Shown here: piece after piece, positions 12,807 to 26,055 of the stretch
How positions within the stretch are numbered: position 1 is the stretch's first letter
Layout: each line of letters starts with the position of its first letter
Source of the DNA: Octopus sinensis
Lineage: Eukaryota
NCBI RefSeq assembly: GCF_006345805.1
Contig: NC_042998.1
Location: 124,001-188,000, forward strand
Length of the DNA: 64,000 nt
Direction: 5' to 3'
Notes under the pieces: model-generated
Told to the model about the DNA's origin: nothing
Seen by the model: only the letters and a program-made list of their open reading frames with translations
Database searches by the model: none
Made by a program: the position numbers and the translations under genes

Positions 12807-15800
12807 CTGACTGGCAGGTAAGTAGACCACCAGCAATGAGATTTGAAAGAGATAAAAATGAAAACCACAGAGAACAGTTATGAAACGAAGGTGCAGATAT
12901 AAATTTATGTCTAAGACACAGGAAATTGCTACTTCCTTTTGTCTCTTTCACTCTTGTTCCTGAACAATTGAATGTTTATCTAGCATGAAATATTCAGTCT
13001 GTCTCTATCAACATGTTGAAGTCAACTCAAATCTTATTCCAAGAAACCTCTAGATAGTCGAGTAGTTTATCTTAACTCCCATGGCATTTTCACACATGCA
13101 ACTGAACGATTCTAGCCATACTAATCACTCCTCTATGATTTAGAAATGTTCCTTTCTTTTTTTAATCAAATAGATTTAGGTGACTTGTCCCCGAACATAA
13201 TACAACATATCTGTGACTAGAGAAGTAATTGCTTTAGGTAACACTTAGATATTTTGGAATAAATAGGACAGAGAATGATCAGAAAGAAAGGTTAAAATGT
13301 CATTCAAATTAGCCATTGTTATCGCCAGATCAATATTGATTTCATTATGTACTGGTATGGTCTAGCTGTGTCTATACAGTACCATATCTCTTTTCACTCC
13401 TAGTATTGTGACTTTTATGAATTATTATTGACAGGAAGATAATACAACTTTCTGAAATAGGAAATATATATATAGAAAGAGAGAGATTTCAAACTGTTGA
13501 TATCATTTGTTTGCAAAAGCTCTTGGTCAGGAAGTAAATTTGAAGATTATATTTATTGTTTCAAAATTAAACTTTTGTTTTATATTGGTTTCTAATTTTG
13601 GCACAAGACCAGCAATTTTCTGAGGCGAGTGGGAGGAGATTACATTGACTTTGGTACTTATTTTATCGATCAAAGATGAAAGGCAAAGTCCAACTTGAAT
13701 TCATAATATGAAGAGACAGAAGAAATACCGCTAAGCATTTTGTCTGAAAGTGCTAATGACTCTGCCAGCATGCTGCCTTACTTTTTTGTAGCAAAGGTAT
13801 TTCAACTGAATGTGAATGTTTCAAATCTACAAGTAAATTTCTGGGGTATTTAGAGAGGTACCAGTTAAAGTTATTCTCACCATCTTACTTCAATAGAAGA
13901 ATCTTAAGTTTTACTTTAAATATGTCATTTTCACAGCAGTTTTAATGGACAACATTGTGGTAATCATTTAAGCTAAAATTTGGTAGGGCAGAGTATATGA
14001 CCAGTTATAGCACTAAACACAATTCTGTTACCATTTTGACTCTGAATTTGGAAAAGTATATATCAGATAGAATCAAGTAGTTTAATGATATTTGAGCCTT
14101 GCCTTTTGAATGTCCTCAGGTTGAAAATAATGCTGTGCGATGGTGGCCGTAAACTACACAGTAAGTTACCACACAATAATGAGGAGTCATGATGACTTAC
14201 TTCACTTAAAGGCATCAGGTTTTCATTTGAAATTTATCATTTTCAGTCTTCAGAAAATGATTTTAATATACATAGAGTAATTTTATTAGTCTTTACTTGA
14301 ATAAAGTAATTTTCTTTCATGTTTGGTTAAACAATCAGAAACTTACCAGGGGCTTTAAGTTCTTGAAAGAAATTTCAATTACTGTTAATAAACAAATTAA
14401 GGGGATACTATAGAGAAAGCGTTTTTAGAAGAGTAATTTAATTCTAGTAATAATACATAACTGTTATGTTTTATCTGTTAATTATTATTTAATATTTGGT
14501 TAACTTTTTTGCTTTGTATCACTTGAAGTAAACGGATTCTCTGCCCCCAGCTCCTATACTTTTGGACAACAGCAACACATGTAAACTAGTACATACAAAT
14601 GCATGTGCGTGTATATATATGCACACAACATGTACGTTTTGTGTCAGTTATTGTTTATAGGCTTGCTGGAAACAGAAGCTTGCAAGTTTAACGACTTAAA
14701 AAAAAAAAAAGATATTTAAAGGAGAAAATTACCTGAAGGGGAAAATAAAAAGCAAAGATTTAAAAGTATTTAATTCAAAGATGAAAGCTTATTCTTTTAT
14801 TTCCATAATCCCCATTACTGTGAATTTGAGGTTCTGTACCCAAGTAGCAATTAATTTGAAGTATGGTGTATTGACAGCAATATTTTGCCTTTTTAATATA
14901 TTCAATGTTCATTTTCCCATGCTCACATGGACATTTGTATATTTACATTATGTTAGAGCAACTATTTTTACAGCTGTATAACCATATTAGTATCAAACAC
15001 CAAATCATGAAGTAGGTGTGACATCTAATAGTAGACAGCTTGGATCAAGCAGTGTAATTTGTATTGTTTAAGTACTGTAACAAAGTTTTTAAAAATTAAA
15101 ACTGCAATAAAGTTGTCCTTATTTCATGTAGTCAGTAATCCAGTACCTTAACATTACACTCATAGAAGCAAATATTCCAACTGCCTTGAATAAAACTTAA
15201 TTTCACTGCTGTCATACAAATTAAAAATCCAAGTGTTTAATGAAGCCTCTTGAAATCTAAGTCACGTGATCTTCTAATGCATCTGGATCACAATCTGTTC
15301 TGAAGATGGTAGTTGTAGAAGTATTAAACTATTGTGCTATTGTTAAAGACCAAATTATTACAAAATAAAATATAAATTGAGATAATGCTACCACTGAAGA
15401 AAAATGAAAGGAAATATTAAGAATTTTAAGAAGTGCACACAGTCACACATTCACACATTTATACCTTATACATATACAGTTCCTCACATATTGTTTAGTT
15501 CACACCAACATAGTGTTGTGAACAGGAAAAGGAGAAGAGATAATCTAAAGTTTTATAAAGAATATTATATGTTGTTGCAACTGGAAGTGAGGATCAATTT
15601 GAATCTATGAGATTAGAATGTATTTTACCTCTTAAATAAGCCTTGATGTTATAATATAGTCTAGGTATGCTTTCAATTGACTATAATCATTGTATTCTTA
15701 TATGCAAAGGATATTTTAGTATCTTACAAAAAAAAAAAATGAAATGTAGGGTAATTTTCAATTATTTTAAGATATTGCGCTGGAAGTAAGATTGAAATTG

Positions 15801-17355
15801 GTGAACATGAATATGATAATAAAAATGAGATAGGAATTGATAAACTTAGAATAAGGTAACACAAATTCGGTGGTTTTTGTGGAAGATGGTGGGAAGAGAG
15901 AAATGAAAGTTGATAACATTGAAGGTGAGTGAGAACAAAGAGATAGTATTTGACTTGGGGTATATGAAAAATAGAGATCCATGAATCTAATGGAAGAGTA
16001 TACAGGAAAGATATGGGAGTTCCTACAAATATATTTATATGTATGGAAACTAAAAAGAAACAAATTGGAATATTATTTGGACAGTTTTACCATTTGTGAA
16101 GATTATGTGCTGTTTCTCAATTTGTCTGATAAGTCTTTAATGTAGAAGTAAGCAGAAGTTTCTAAATTATTTTGGAAGCTGTCTAACCTAGTCTTCTTAC
16201 AACAAAAATCGAAATATAATTTCTCTGTCTGTCTGATCTCTCCTTTGGTCTGAAACATTTTTAGCCGTCTGAATCCATTTTATGGGTTTATCTATTAAAT
16301 TTCTACTCTAAATCTTTAACTGTCTGACCTTGTCCTTCATCTTTGCTGCATTTAAAATTATTTCTTTGACAAAAAAAAAAAATGACAGTAAAAAAAAAAT
16401 AATAGAGGTAGAATAGAAATAAACAGTAAGAATTTTTCTTTTTCGTGTGTGTCATTTTCCTTTCTTTTCTTTTCCTTTGTTTTTGTTTTTGGCCAAAATA
16501 ACAAATACTTCCCACCTCAATTTGAAATTAAAAAATAAAATAAATTGGAAGGAGTTCCACTTGGTGTATAAGGGTGTATAGCCGAACTGGCAGACAAAGC
16601 CTGGAGAAGACAGGACCAGTCAGATCAGATAGAAGAGAAAAGCGGCAATGCTATTAGATTCCCTGAGCATATTTTGGTAAAGTTTTCTGACAGATTCAGC
16701 TCAGTAGGCAGCTATTAATATATCTTACTATAATACATATGCACACACAGACTCTCAGAAATTTCACATCAATGTTGTCTTTTTTTACATTTTGGTATCA
16801 ACAGAGATACTTGCTTAAGGGCAGCTAGTCTGAGACCAGAACAACACAGTCAATGTTCACAATTTTCCATGAATGAACTCCAGAATCTCTTATCTTCTTG
16901 CTTTTTCTCTTTCTCTCATACATGCACACATACATACATATTCATACACACCCTTTCTCACTGTCTTCAACCAATCATTTAATTCTTGCAGTTTGTGTGT
17001 CTGTTATATGCCAAACTTGTTGCTTTTTTTTTTAATCATTTAATTTCTTGTAGAAGTCCGTCTTAGTACAATGAGCAGAGATTTCAAAGAGAGCTACACC
17101 AAAAGCTGACAAGGAACCAATGCACCTCCGGCAGCAACTACTGCAGCCGCAGCCATCCTGCTGCCAGAAGAGTAGGGAATGCATGGGCAGCACAGGACGC
17201 CCAAGTCTCATTTAAGTTAGTTACATTTAGTAGAAGCCCATACAGCTAGGATGGCATTCTACATTGTCATACATGGCGGCATGGAATGGCTGTATTTTGC
17301 TGGAAAATGTAAGCAACAAACTGTCGCCGTTGCAAACTTAAATCACATTATTCGA

Positions 17356-17415
17356 TCACGGAGATCTTTCAAGGGCTGTACAAGTCTGGTTGAAAGAACA
17401 ACATATGTGTCCACG
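17356..17415 (-). CDS. NELL: NELL terminal coding exon (RGHICCSFNQTCTALERSP*)
   Basis: Long pyrimidine tract plus ctaattgcag acceptor; 60 nt ending in TGA; completes the last VWC (GHICCS). Confidence 0.92.
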   Translation of the reverse strand, partial: RGHICCSFNQTCTALERSP

Positions 17416-17920
17416 CTGCAATTAGAAAAAAAGAAAAAAAAGAAGAAAAAATACATAAAAAATGTAATCAAACAACATTTTCATATAAGTTGGCAATAAA
17501 ATATTTTGAAAGCTGGATAACATAACATCACTGAGCATTCACATAATGCTATTCAATTGATTACAGATACAAGTATATATGCATTTACATTACACAGACA
17601 CACACATACATATGTATACACACATACGCATGCACACACACACACACACACACACACACAATTAGTCCACTGCTTGTTTCAACAATTTCACCATTTTTAA
17701 AGCCATTTATCACTTGTCTTTTTGAGCAGATAATGTTTAAATGACAACTGACAAAAAAAATCATGTCCTCAGCTTGAGAAATGGTGAAATAAATAATTTT
17801 GACCAGCAAACTCTGGTTAGCTGTATTTAGAAATATCTGTGGCTTTTATTATAAAATTATCTTTACTCTCTTAGCTGATCAAGAAGTCTTCTATTTGTCG
17901 AAGCTTTACCACATTATATA

Positions 17921-18115
17921 TCATCATCACCATCATCATTTAACATCTGCTGCCTATGCTGGCATGGGTTGGATGGTTTGACCAGAGCTGGTAAGCTGAA
18001 GAGCTGCACCAGACTCCAGTCTGATTTGGCATGGTTTCTATGGCCAGATGCCCTTCTTAATGCCAACCACTTTACAGAGAGTGCTGGGCGCTTTTACATG
18101 GCACTGCAAGGGTGC
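17921..18115 (-). mobile_element. RTE-LINE 3' tail copy (short, 5'-truncated)
   Basis: Matches the terminal ~200 nt and (GAT)n tail of the RTE at 33788-34972. Confidence 0.8.
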
Positions 18116-18391
18116 TCTTATGTGGCTTTGCACAGGCATATACACACACACACACACACACATATATATATTTATTACTGGTGAAGGCCTGTTTTTAGGG
18201 TTACTTAGGGTTTCTCACCATAAAGAGTATCTTTATGGCATATCATCAGACCCTAAGACATGTTAGCCTATGGCCTCTTTAAAGTATGGAGGGGGAAACG
18301 AACTGGATATAAACAATGGAAGTCATCTCTCTCTTCTGGTGGTCATTGGCTTCTGACTACATCATCCTCTTTCAGCTACGCCACCTGTCAG

Positions 18392-18772
18392 TTCTTTTAC
18401 TTGTTTCAGTCATTTGACTGTGGCTGTGCTGGAGCACCGCCTTTAGTCGAGCAAATCGACCCCAAGACTTATTCATTGTAAGCCTAGTCTCTTTTACCTA
18501 ACCGCTAAGTTACAGGGATGTAAACACACCAGCATTGGTTGTCAAGCGATGTTGGAGGGACAAACACACAGACATATTTACACACATACATATATATATA
18601 TACATATATACGATGGGCTTCTTCCAGTTTCCATCTACCAAATCCACTCACAAGGCTTTGATTGGCCCGAGGGCATGGTAGAACACACTTGCCCAAGGTG
18701 CCATGCAGTGGGACTGAACCCGGAACCATGTGGCTGGTAAGCAAGCTACTTACCGCACAGCCACTCCTATGC

Positions 18773-18774
<2 letters not shown>
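18392..18774 (-). mobile_element. SINE family A (tRNA-like head, CORE-like segment, internal microsatellite, conserved 3' half)
   Basis: Reverse complement of the copies at 20989, 24146 and 28362. Confidence 0.85.
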
Positions 18775-18821
<47 letters not shown>

Positions 18822-19346
18822 TCACTTCTAACCATTGACCATGACCAAAAGTAAAAGTTGTAGAAAGAGAAACCTTGGGAAAAAGAAAGAGGACTCAACC
18901 CCTTTGGGACTCTCAGGAATTGTGGCTGATGAAATGACTGGATGGAAGCATTAAAATTTTTGTCCTACAACTGTAACTTGATCACTGACATAGTTCTGTT
19001 ATAATGCAGTTGCCGTGGAATGATGTCTGTTACTAAGATGAAGTTGTATGACAAAAATTTTAACACCTCAAGAAATAACTAGAAAGCGAATATAATAGTA
19101 TTTATGTGTTTTAGATGGCCAAAATGGCTATTCCATATTACTGCTTCAGTTTGAACATGCAGTCTCAGAGATCAAATCATTTGCTAGGCAATTACAATTC
19201 TGAAATATTTGGGCTGTGTGCTAAGATGTTCACTTTCCAACCACATGGTTCTGGCTTCAGGCAGACATCTTGGGCAAGTGTCTTATGCTATAAGCCTAAG
19301 GTTGACCAAAGTCTTGTGAGTGGATGGAAGTTGAAAGAATCCCATC

Positions 19347-19390
<44 letters not shown>

Positions 19391-19719
19391 CTGTGTGAGT
19401 GTGTGTGTTTGTGTGTCAGTGTGTCTTAGTTTGTCCTCCACCACTGCTTGATAAGTGGTGCTGCTGTGTTTATTTATGTCTCTGTAACTTAGTGGTTCAG
19501 CAAAAGAGACCAACAGAATAAGTACCAGATTTAAAACAAAAATATAAGTACTGGGGTTGATTCATTTGACTAAAATTCTCCAAGGTGGTGCCCCAGCATG
19601 GCCACAATCAAATGACTGAAACAAGTAAAACATAAACAAAGAAAATTCTAAATATAGTAAGGAATTAAAAAGCAGGAGAATTTTTTTTCTCCAGGTGATA
19701 TCATTTCAAACATACTTAC

Positions 19720-19959
19720 CTTACATTTACAAGTGGTACATTTATCTCCATGGAGGTTCCAGTGATCATTATGACGGTATTTACGACCATGGTATCTACA
19801 AAGGCTTGGAATCAAGCCGGCATTAATTACACTGTATTGATCATTTTCATGACACGGGTCATCATCGATGCACCGTGGACAACAGTCTCCAGACATTTTG
19901 ACCACATCAGAACACATCAGCTTTGGACATTCTAATGGCCAGCAATCAACCTCTCCACT
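19720..19959 (-). CDS. NELL: NELL penultimate exon, VWC modules (SGEVDCWPLECPKLMCSDVVKMSGDCCPRCIDDDPC...HGDKCTTCKCK)
   Basis: Acceptor tattttcag, donor gtaagt, 240 nt, phase 0-0; GEVDCWPL is a NELL hallmark. Confidence 0.96.
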
Positions 19960-20988
19960 CTGAAAATATAGAAGTCAAAATTTCATTGAAATCCAATGTA
20001 CATGCCGCTGATATTAACAAGGTGAAAATGAACAAACCAATGAGGAAACCTCTATATGGGTGCTTGATCAGCTGGAAATATTAGCCAAATTTTCTTCAAA
20101 TAACATCCTACTGTCTTGTAAATGATGAGAAACACTAGATGAGATGAGTCGTCTCTGGACCACTTTTTAGTATAGGAATACTCAGTCAGGTTTAACAACA
20201 AAATGAATATTTTTTAACCACATGATTGTATTTGCCGAGGTTTTAAAGTATTTCTGGTGAATTTTAACATATATTTTTATCATTTATCGTTTACTTGTCT
20301 CAGTCATTAGACTGTGGCCATGCTGGGGCACCACATTGAAGAATTTTAATCTACTGAATAGACCCTAATATTTATTCTTTTTAAGCCTGATATGTATTCT
20401 ATTGGACTCTGTTACCAAACTGCTAAGTTATGGGAACATAAACACACCAACACCGGCTGTAAACAGTGGTTTGGGATAAACACACACAGATGCGCGCACA
20501 CACAGACGCATACATATATATATATATATTCAACAGGCTTCTTTCAGTTTCCATTGATAAAATCTACTCATAAGGCTTTGGTTGGACCAAGGCTATAGTA
20601 GAAGACACTTGCCCAAGGTGCTACATGTTGGGACTGAACCCAGAACCACATTCCTTGGAAGCAAGCTTCTTACCACACAGCTAGGCCTCTTACAGATCAG
20701 TCTTGGATATATTTTCCCAAAATAACATGTGATGGTCATAGTTGGACCACTTTTACTTAGTCAATGAAATTAGTTTGTAAAGGACCAGAGTGCTACATCT
20801 GGAAATCTTAACCAAGTTGCAGATTGGCTTTACAGGGAGTTTATATGCCTAAACCTATTCCACTTGCTTCATCATAACCATTATATATATATGTATACAA
20901 ATGTATTGTGGCCACTAACATTAATATCTCTCATGAGTATTAATGCTCTTTTATATATTTATACATACATGTCTATTTATATAGTTAT

Positions 20989-21406
20989 AGGTGCAGGGGT
21001 GGCTGTGTGGTAAGTAGCTTGCTTACCAACCACATGGTTCCGGGTTCATTCCCACTGCGTGGCACCTTGGGCATGTGTCTTCTACTATAGCCTCGGGCCA
21101 ACCAAAGCCTTGTAAGTGGATTTGGTAGATAGAAACTGAAAGAATCCTGTCATATATATATGTATAAATATATATATATATATATGTGTGTATGTGTGTG
21201 TGTTTATGTGTTTGTGTTTGTCCCCCCAACATCGCTTGACAACTGATGCTGGTGTGTTTACGTCCCTGTAACTTAGCAGTTCGGCAAAAGAGACCAATAG
21301 AATAAGTACTAGGCTTACAAAGAATAAGTCCTGGGGTCGATTTGCTTGACTAAAGGTGGTGCTCCAGCATGGCCACAGTCAAATAACTGAAACAAGTAAA
21401 AGAGTA
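20989..21406 (+). mobile_element. SINE family A, full length
   Basis: A-box-like TGGCTGTGTGG and B-box-like GGTTCATTCCC, then CTTGGGCA(A)GTGTCTT, internal (TA)n/(TG)n, and a 3' half ending GAAACAAGTAAAAGAGT. Confidence 0.88.
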
Positions 21407-21433
21407 TACATACACACATATGCATACATACAT

Positions 21434-21706
21434 ACATATCATTTAACATCCGCTCTCCATGCTAGCATGGGTTGGACGGTTCACCTGGAGTCTGGGAAGC
21501 CAGAAGGCTGCACCAGGACCAGTCTGAACTGGCAGGGTTTCTACAGCTGGATGCCCTTCCTAACGCCAACCACTCTGTGAGTGTAGTGGGTACTTTTTAC
21601 GTGCCACCAGCACAGGTGCCAGACGAGACTGGCAAACGGCCATGATCGGATGGTGACATTTTACGTGCCACCGGCATAGAGGTCAGACGAGGCTGGCAAT
21701 GGCCAC
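21434..21706 (-). mobile_element. RTE-LINE 3' tail copy
   Basis: Shares CATGCTAGCATGGGTTGGACGG...CTGGATGCCCTTCCTAACGCCAACCACT with the 33788 element. Confidence 0.82.
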
Positions 21707-22487
21707 ATATATATATATATATATATATATAGCCAATATCTACATGTTGTGTGTGTGTATATATAGTCAACATCTATACACTGTGTCTATTCACTCAATA
21801 TCTATATGCTGTGTGTATATCAGTGGTGTATGGTGGTTGTTGTCATTGGGTTTGCTGTATACATAAATGTTAACTGATAATTGGTAATGTGCCTTCATAA
21901 CCAGATAAAATATATTAGAGGAATCAAAACCAAGACTGCAGCTCATACACAGGTATGAAAGTTTCAGAATCTGGAAGTACTTAACAAGTAAAGACGAGGC
22001 TAAATTGAGTTGCTAATACTTTTTACAACAGTTTATATATGTATATATGTCTGTGTGTGTGTGTATGTGTGTGGGCATGAGAAAGTTATGTATGTTTATG
22101 AATGTTAAGTATATTTGTGTATGTGCAAGTGGGTGTGGGTGTGTATGTAATAGATTTGTATAGGTGTATGTATGTCTATGGTCGAAAGTTTATTTATGTA
22201 TGTATTTATGTATATGCGCTGCAGTATGGGTGTATGTTTGTAGATAGATATAAATATGTTTTTGTGAAAACATGTATATATATATATATATATCTATATA
22301 TATATATACACATACAATATATGTGTGTGTGCATGTGTAGTTTTGTGTATTTGAAAAAAGTTATATATACATACATGTATGTATGTACATACATATACAT
22401 ACCCACATGCATACATACATATATATATACACACACTCATATGTATACATGCATGCTTGTTTGTATGTGTATATATATATATGAAGC

Positions 22488-22536
<49 letters not shown>

Positions 22537-23026
22537 GCAGATGTGTGTGTGTGTGTATAGGTATGTATTTACATGTGTATATGCCAGTATATGTATACTG
22601 AAAAATGGTAATGTATCTTGCATAGGTGCTGGATTGTGGCCACAGGTCTTGGCTAACCTACAACTTCCATTTCTATTTTGAGTGCTTAAGAACTGGCTTA
22701 GATATTTCAAGAAAGCTAGAAGACAAAGAATGAAGAAACGGATAACTCATTTTTAGAATTGTTTGAATGATTCACTTAGCTAAGCACTGTTTATTTATTT
22801 ATTTACATTTATTCCTGTCTCTCCTCCATCCCTGTCCTTACAATGACTGGCAGATGTAATGTAAACTTTAAAGAACATTCTAAAAAGCAAGGTACCAAAT
22901 TCTGGTGTTTATTTCAACTAACAATATTTTAAAACTCCCCCCCTCCTCCCTAAAAATCCAAAAAACCAAAACAAAACAAAAATATAGAAACAGAAATCTT
23001 TCTCTTCTTTGCATTATTATTATTAC

Positions 23027-23655
23027 TAGCAGAGAGCTGGCAGAATTGTTAGCATGCCGGAAAAAATGCATAGCAGTATTTCGTCTGTCTTTATGTTCTG
23101 AGTTCAAATTCTGCCGAGGTCGACTTTGCCTTTTATCCTTTCGGAGTTGATTAAATAAGTACCAGTTATGCACTGGGGTCGATATAATCGACTTAATCTG
23201 TTTGTCTGTCCTCGTTTGTCCTCTCTGTTTAGCCCCATGTGGGTAGTAAAGAAATAGGTATTTTGTCTGTCTTTAGGTTCTGAGTTCAAATTCTGCCAAG
23301 GTCGACTTTGCCTTTCATCCTTTCAGGGTTGATAAATTAAGTACCAGTTACGCCCTGAGGTCGATGTAATCGACTTAATCCCTTTGTCTGTGCTTGTTTG
23401 TCCCCTCTATGTTTAGCCCTTTGAGGGAAATAAAGAAATAAGATTTGTTAGCACCCTGGGCAAAATCCTTTGGGGCATTTCATCTGTTTTTACGTTCTGA
23501 GTTAAAATTCAGCTGAGGTCAACTTTGCCTTTTATCCTTTCAGAGTTGATAAATTAAGTACCAATGACACACTGGGGTCAATGTAATCAACTAGTAACCA
23601 ACTTGTCTCTTCCTCAAAATTTCTGGCCTATAGTTGAAAGGATTATTATTATTAT
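23027..23655 (+). mobile_element. Head-to-tail array of three SINE family B copies
   Basis: Repeated TTCTGAGTTCAAATTC.GCCGAGGTCGACTTTGCCTTTCATCCTTTC...AAGTACCAG core. Confidence 0.85.
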
Positions 23656-23877
23656 TGATTTGACTCAAGTTCATTCTTATTCCTAGTAGAATTTATGTGG
23701 ATAGTGGGTTACTACCGGTAACCTTAGGTATCCACAAGCTTTCAATCGTCTTTCAAGTGCTTAAAACCTTCCTGATAAGCTTTTCTGTCCTTAAGAGGCA
23801 AACTTTCTGTAGAAACCCTACAGGGCATTCTATTCCAATCTCCTTCAACTACCATCATTATTATTGGTTTCAAATTT

Positions 23878-24110
23878 TGGTACAAGGCAAGTAATTTCAG
23901 GGGGATGGGTAAGTTGATTATATCAACCTCAGTACTCAACTGGTATCTGTTTTATTGACCCCCAGAAGGATGAAAGGCAAAGTCAACCTTGAGTTCAAAT
24001 TTGACTTTGCCTTTCATCCTTTTGGGGGTTGATAAAATAAGTACCAGTTGAGAACTGGAGTTGATGTAATCAACTATCCCCCTCCCCTAAATTTCAGATC
24101 TTGTGCCTAT
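23878..24110. repeat. Head-to-head inverted pair of SINE B halves forming a fold-back with about 110-bp arms and a 14-nt loop
   Basis: ...tgaaaggcaaagtcaa-ccttgagttcaaat-ttgactttgcctttca... Confidence 0.85.
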
Positions 24111-24145
24111 AGTAGAAAGGATTATTATCATCATTATTTTATTAA

Positions 24146-24316
24146 GTTGCAGGGGTGGCTGTGTGGTAAGTAGCTTGCTTACCAACCACATGGTTCCGGG
24201 TTCAGTCCCACTGCATGGCACCTTGGGCAAGTACCTTCTACTATACCCTTGGGCCGACCAAAGCCTTGTGAGTGGATTTGGTAGATGCAAACTGAAAGAA
24301 GCCCGTCGTATATATG

Positions 24317-24349
<33 letters not shown>

Positions 24350-24566
24350 ATGTTTGTGTGTGTGTGTTCGTCCCCCACCAACATCGCTTGACAACTGATG
24401 GTGGTGTGTTTACGTCCCCGTAACTTAGCAGTTCGGCAAAAGAGACTGATAGAATAAGTACTAGGCTTACAAAGAATAAGTCCTGGGGTTGATTTGCTTG
24501 ACTAAAGGTGGTGCTCCAGCATGGCCACAGTCAAATGACTGAAACAAGTAAAAGCGTAAAAGAGTA
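24146..24566 (+). mobile_element. SINE family A, full length
   Basis: Near-identical to the 20989 and 28362 copies. Confidence 0.88.
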
Positions 24567-25808
24567 AGGTGGTGAGCTGCTGAATCATAAGTACTCTGGA
24601 CAAAATGCTTAGCAGCATTGCCTGTCTTTACATTTTGAGCTCCAGCTTTCACTTGTAATTCATTTTTTAGAGCAGACAAAATGAGTACAGTAGCAAACTG
24701 TCATCATAGATCAAATCTCTCTAGAGATGATGTTATTTTGTACCCATAACTTTTTTCTCAATGCAGATAAAAATTAGTTTGTGTAAACTCTGTCAAGTGA
24801 TAGTAAACTCTGCAGTCTGATAGTAAGGTTCTGGCAAGCAGACTGTGCAATAAAACAAGATCTGTTCCTGGTTGAGCCATTTCACTTAGTTTTTGGAACT
24901 GTGATATTTCATCAAGAGTTAGTATCTTGAATAAGATTTGCACTCTGTAGAGATGGCTAATAGCTTGATAATTATTTCTTATTTGATGTTTGAAAAAAAA
25001 TTGTTTTTGAGACTGCAATTATACTGTAGAGTAAAAATATAAAGGAACAAGAAAGAAGGGAGATGAGAAAATAAAAGAAAGAAATGGAAAAAGAAAAAAG
25101 CGTGTGTTGGGGTAAAGTAGAGGGAAATAGTGGGGTTTTGGGATACGTGGCCCATCACCCTATCTTAATGACCACAATGGCATTGCTGAGGAGAATGGCC
25201 AGCGACTCTTCATAGCCGCTCCACTTTCTGGAGTCCATTTTTCCAATGGGGCCACCTTATCTCTATTCTGTGAAGGAAATCAGTAATATGAGGTCCTAGG
25301 ACACCTGATGTCTTGACAGCGACCAGCACAAACTGACAGCAGCCGACCAGGCTCCTGTATTTATTGATTTTTCTCTCCTTCATGTCATGGGTGATGACAG
25401 CTAGGCCAAGATGTTATTAACACACTTTAAGGAGATGAACTTACAGTAACAATCCAACATTTATAGGGAGGAAATTACTAGTCATTTTGATTTCATTTAA
25501 TTTCAAATTAAAAACCAGTAAGATGAACACATTTCTCTCTCTCTGTAAATTAGCAACAAACTTATCAATTAATTCTTTTTTCAAGTACAGCAGCCCAACA
25601 TAACACCCAAAGTCTCCTCACTTTTAGCTGTTCAAATTCCAATCTCACTCATTCTCAACCCTTACCATTCAGATTGGAGGGGAGGGGACCTCCTTAAATT
25701 ACAGTATGATGATGAAATAAAGTAATGTATAAATTCTGGTCTAAAATAAACAAAATGGAACATTAAAAATACAATAAAACTCAATATTAAAAAAACAACA
25801 ACACTTAC

Positions 25809-25979
25809 TAAACATTCACACGTCTGGCACTCATACACCCATTTTTGCCCATGTGACATTTCTAATGAGTGTTCTTGATGTGGACAACTTCTTTTTTCAG
25901 CACAGTGTGGACAGCAGGAGTAGTTAATTTTCCTCTTACTACAGTCACATTCCCTTTGGTGACATTTAACTACGCCACG
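25809..25979 (-). CDS. NELL: NELL exon, VWC end plus next VWC start (RGVVKCHQRECDCSKRKINYSCCPHCAEKRSCPHQEHSLEMSHGQKWVYECQTCECL)
   Basis: Acceptor tttttttacag, donor gtaagt, 171 nt, phase 0-0. Confidence 0.94.
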
Positions 25980-26055
25980 CTGTAAAAAAACAAAACAAAA
26001 AAATCATTTTAAGTAATGGGAGTTGCATTAAAATTTTCAATATTATATTATGATT

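Noticed and set aside
15767-16063. 98-aa minus-strand ORF
   Set aside because: No recognisable motif or splice sites; purine-rich strand bias like an old retroelement relic, which I cannot classify.
17054-17215. Plus-strand exon antisense to the NELL 3' UTR (strong acceptor at 17053)
   Set aside because: All three frames hit stops within about 55 nt and there is no donor or linked exon.
17330-17358. Stop-codon readthrough or selenocysteine at the NELL TGA
   Set aside because: The context TGA-TCG is not a known readthrough motif, an in-frame TAA follows six codons later, and I see no SECIS.
25140-25300. GC-richer stretch with an ENGQRL peptide (endonuclease-like)
   Set aside because: Too short and degenerate to assign; probably an old LINE fragment.
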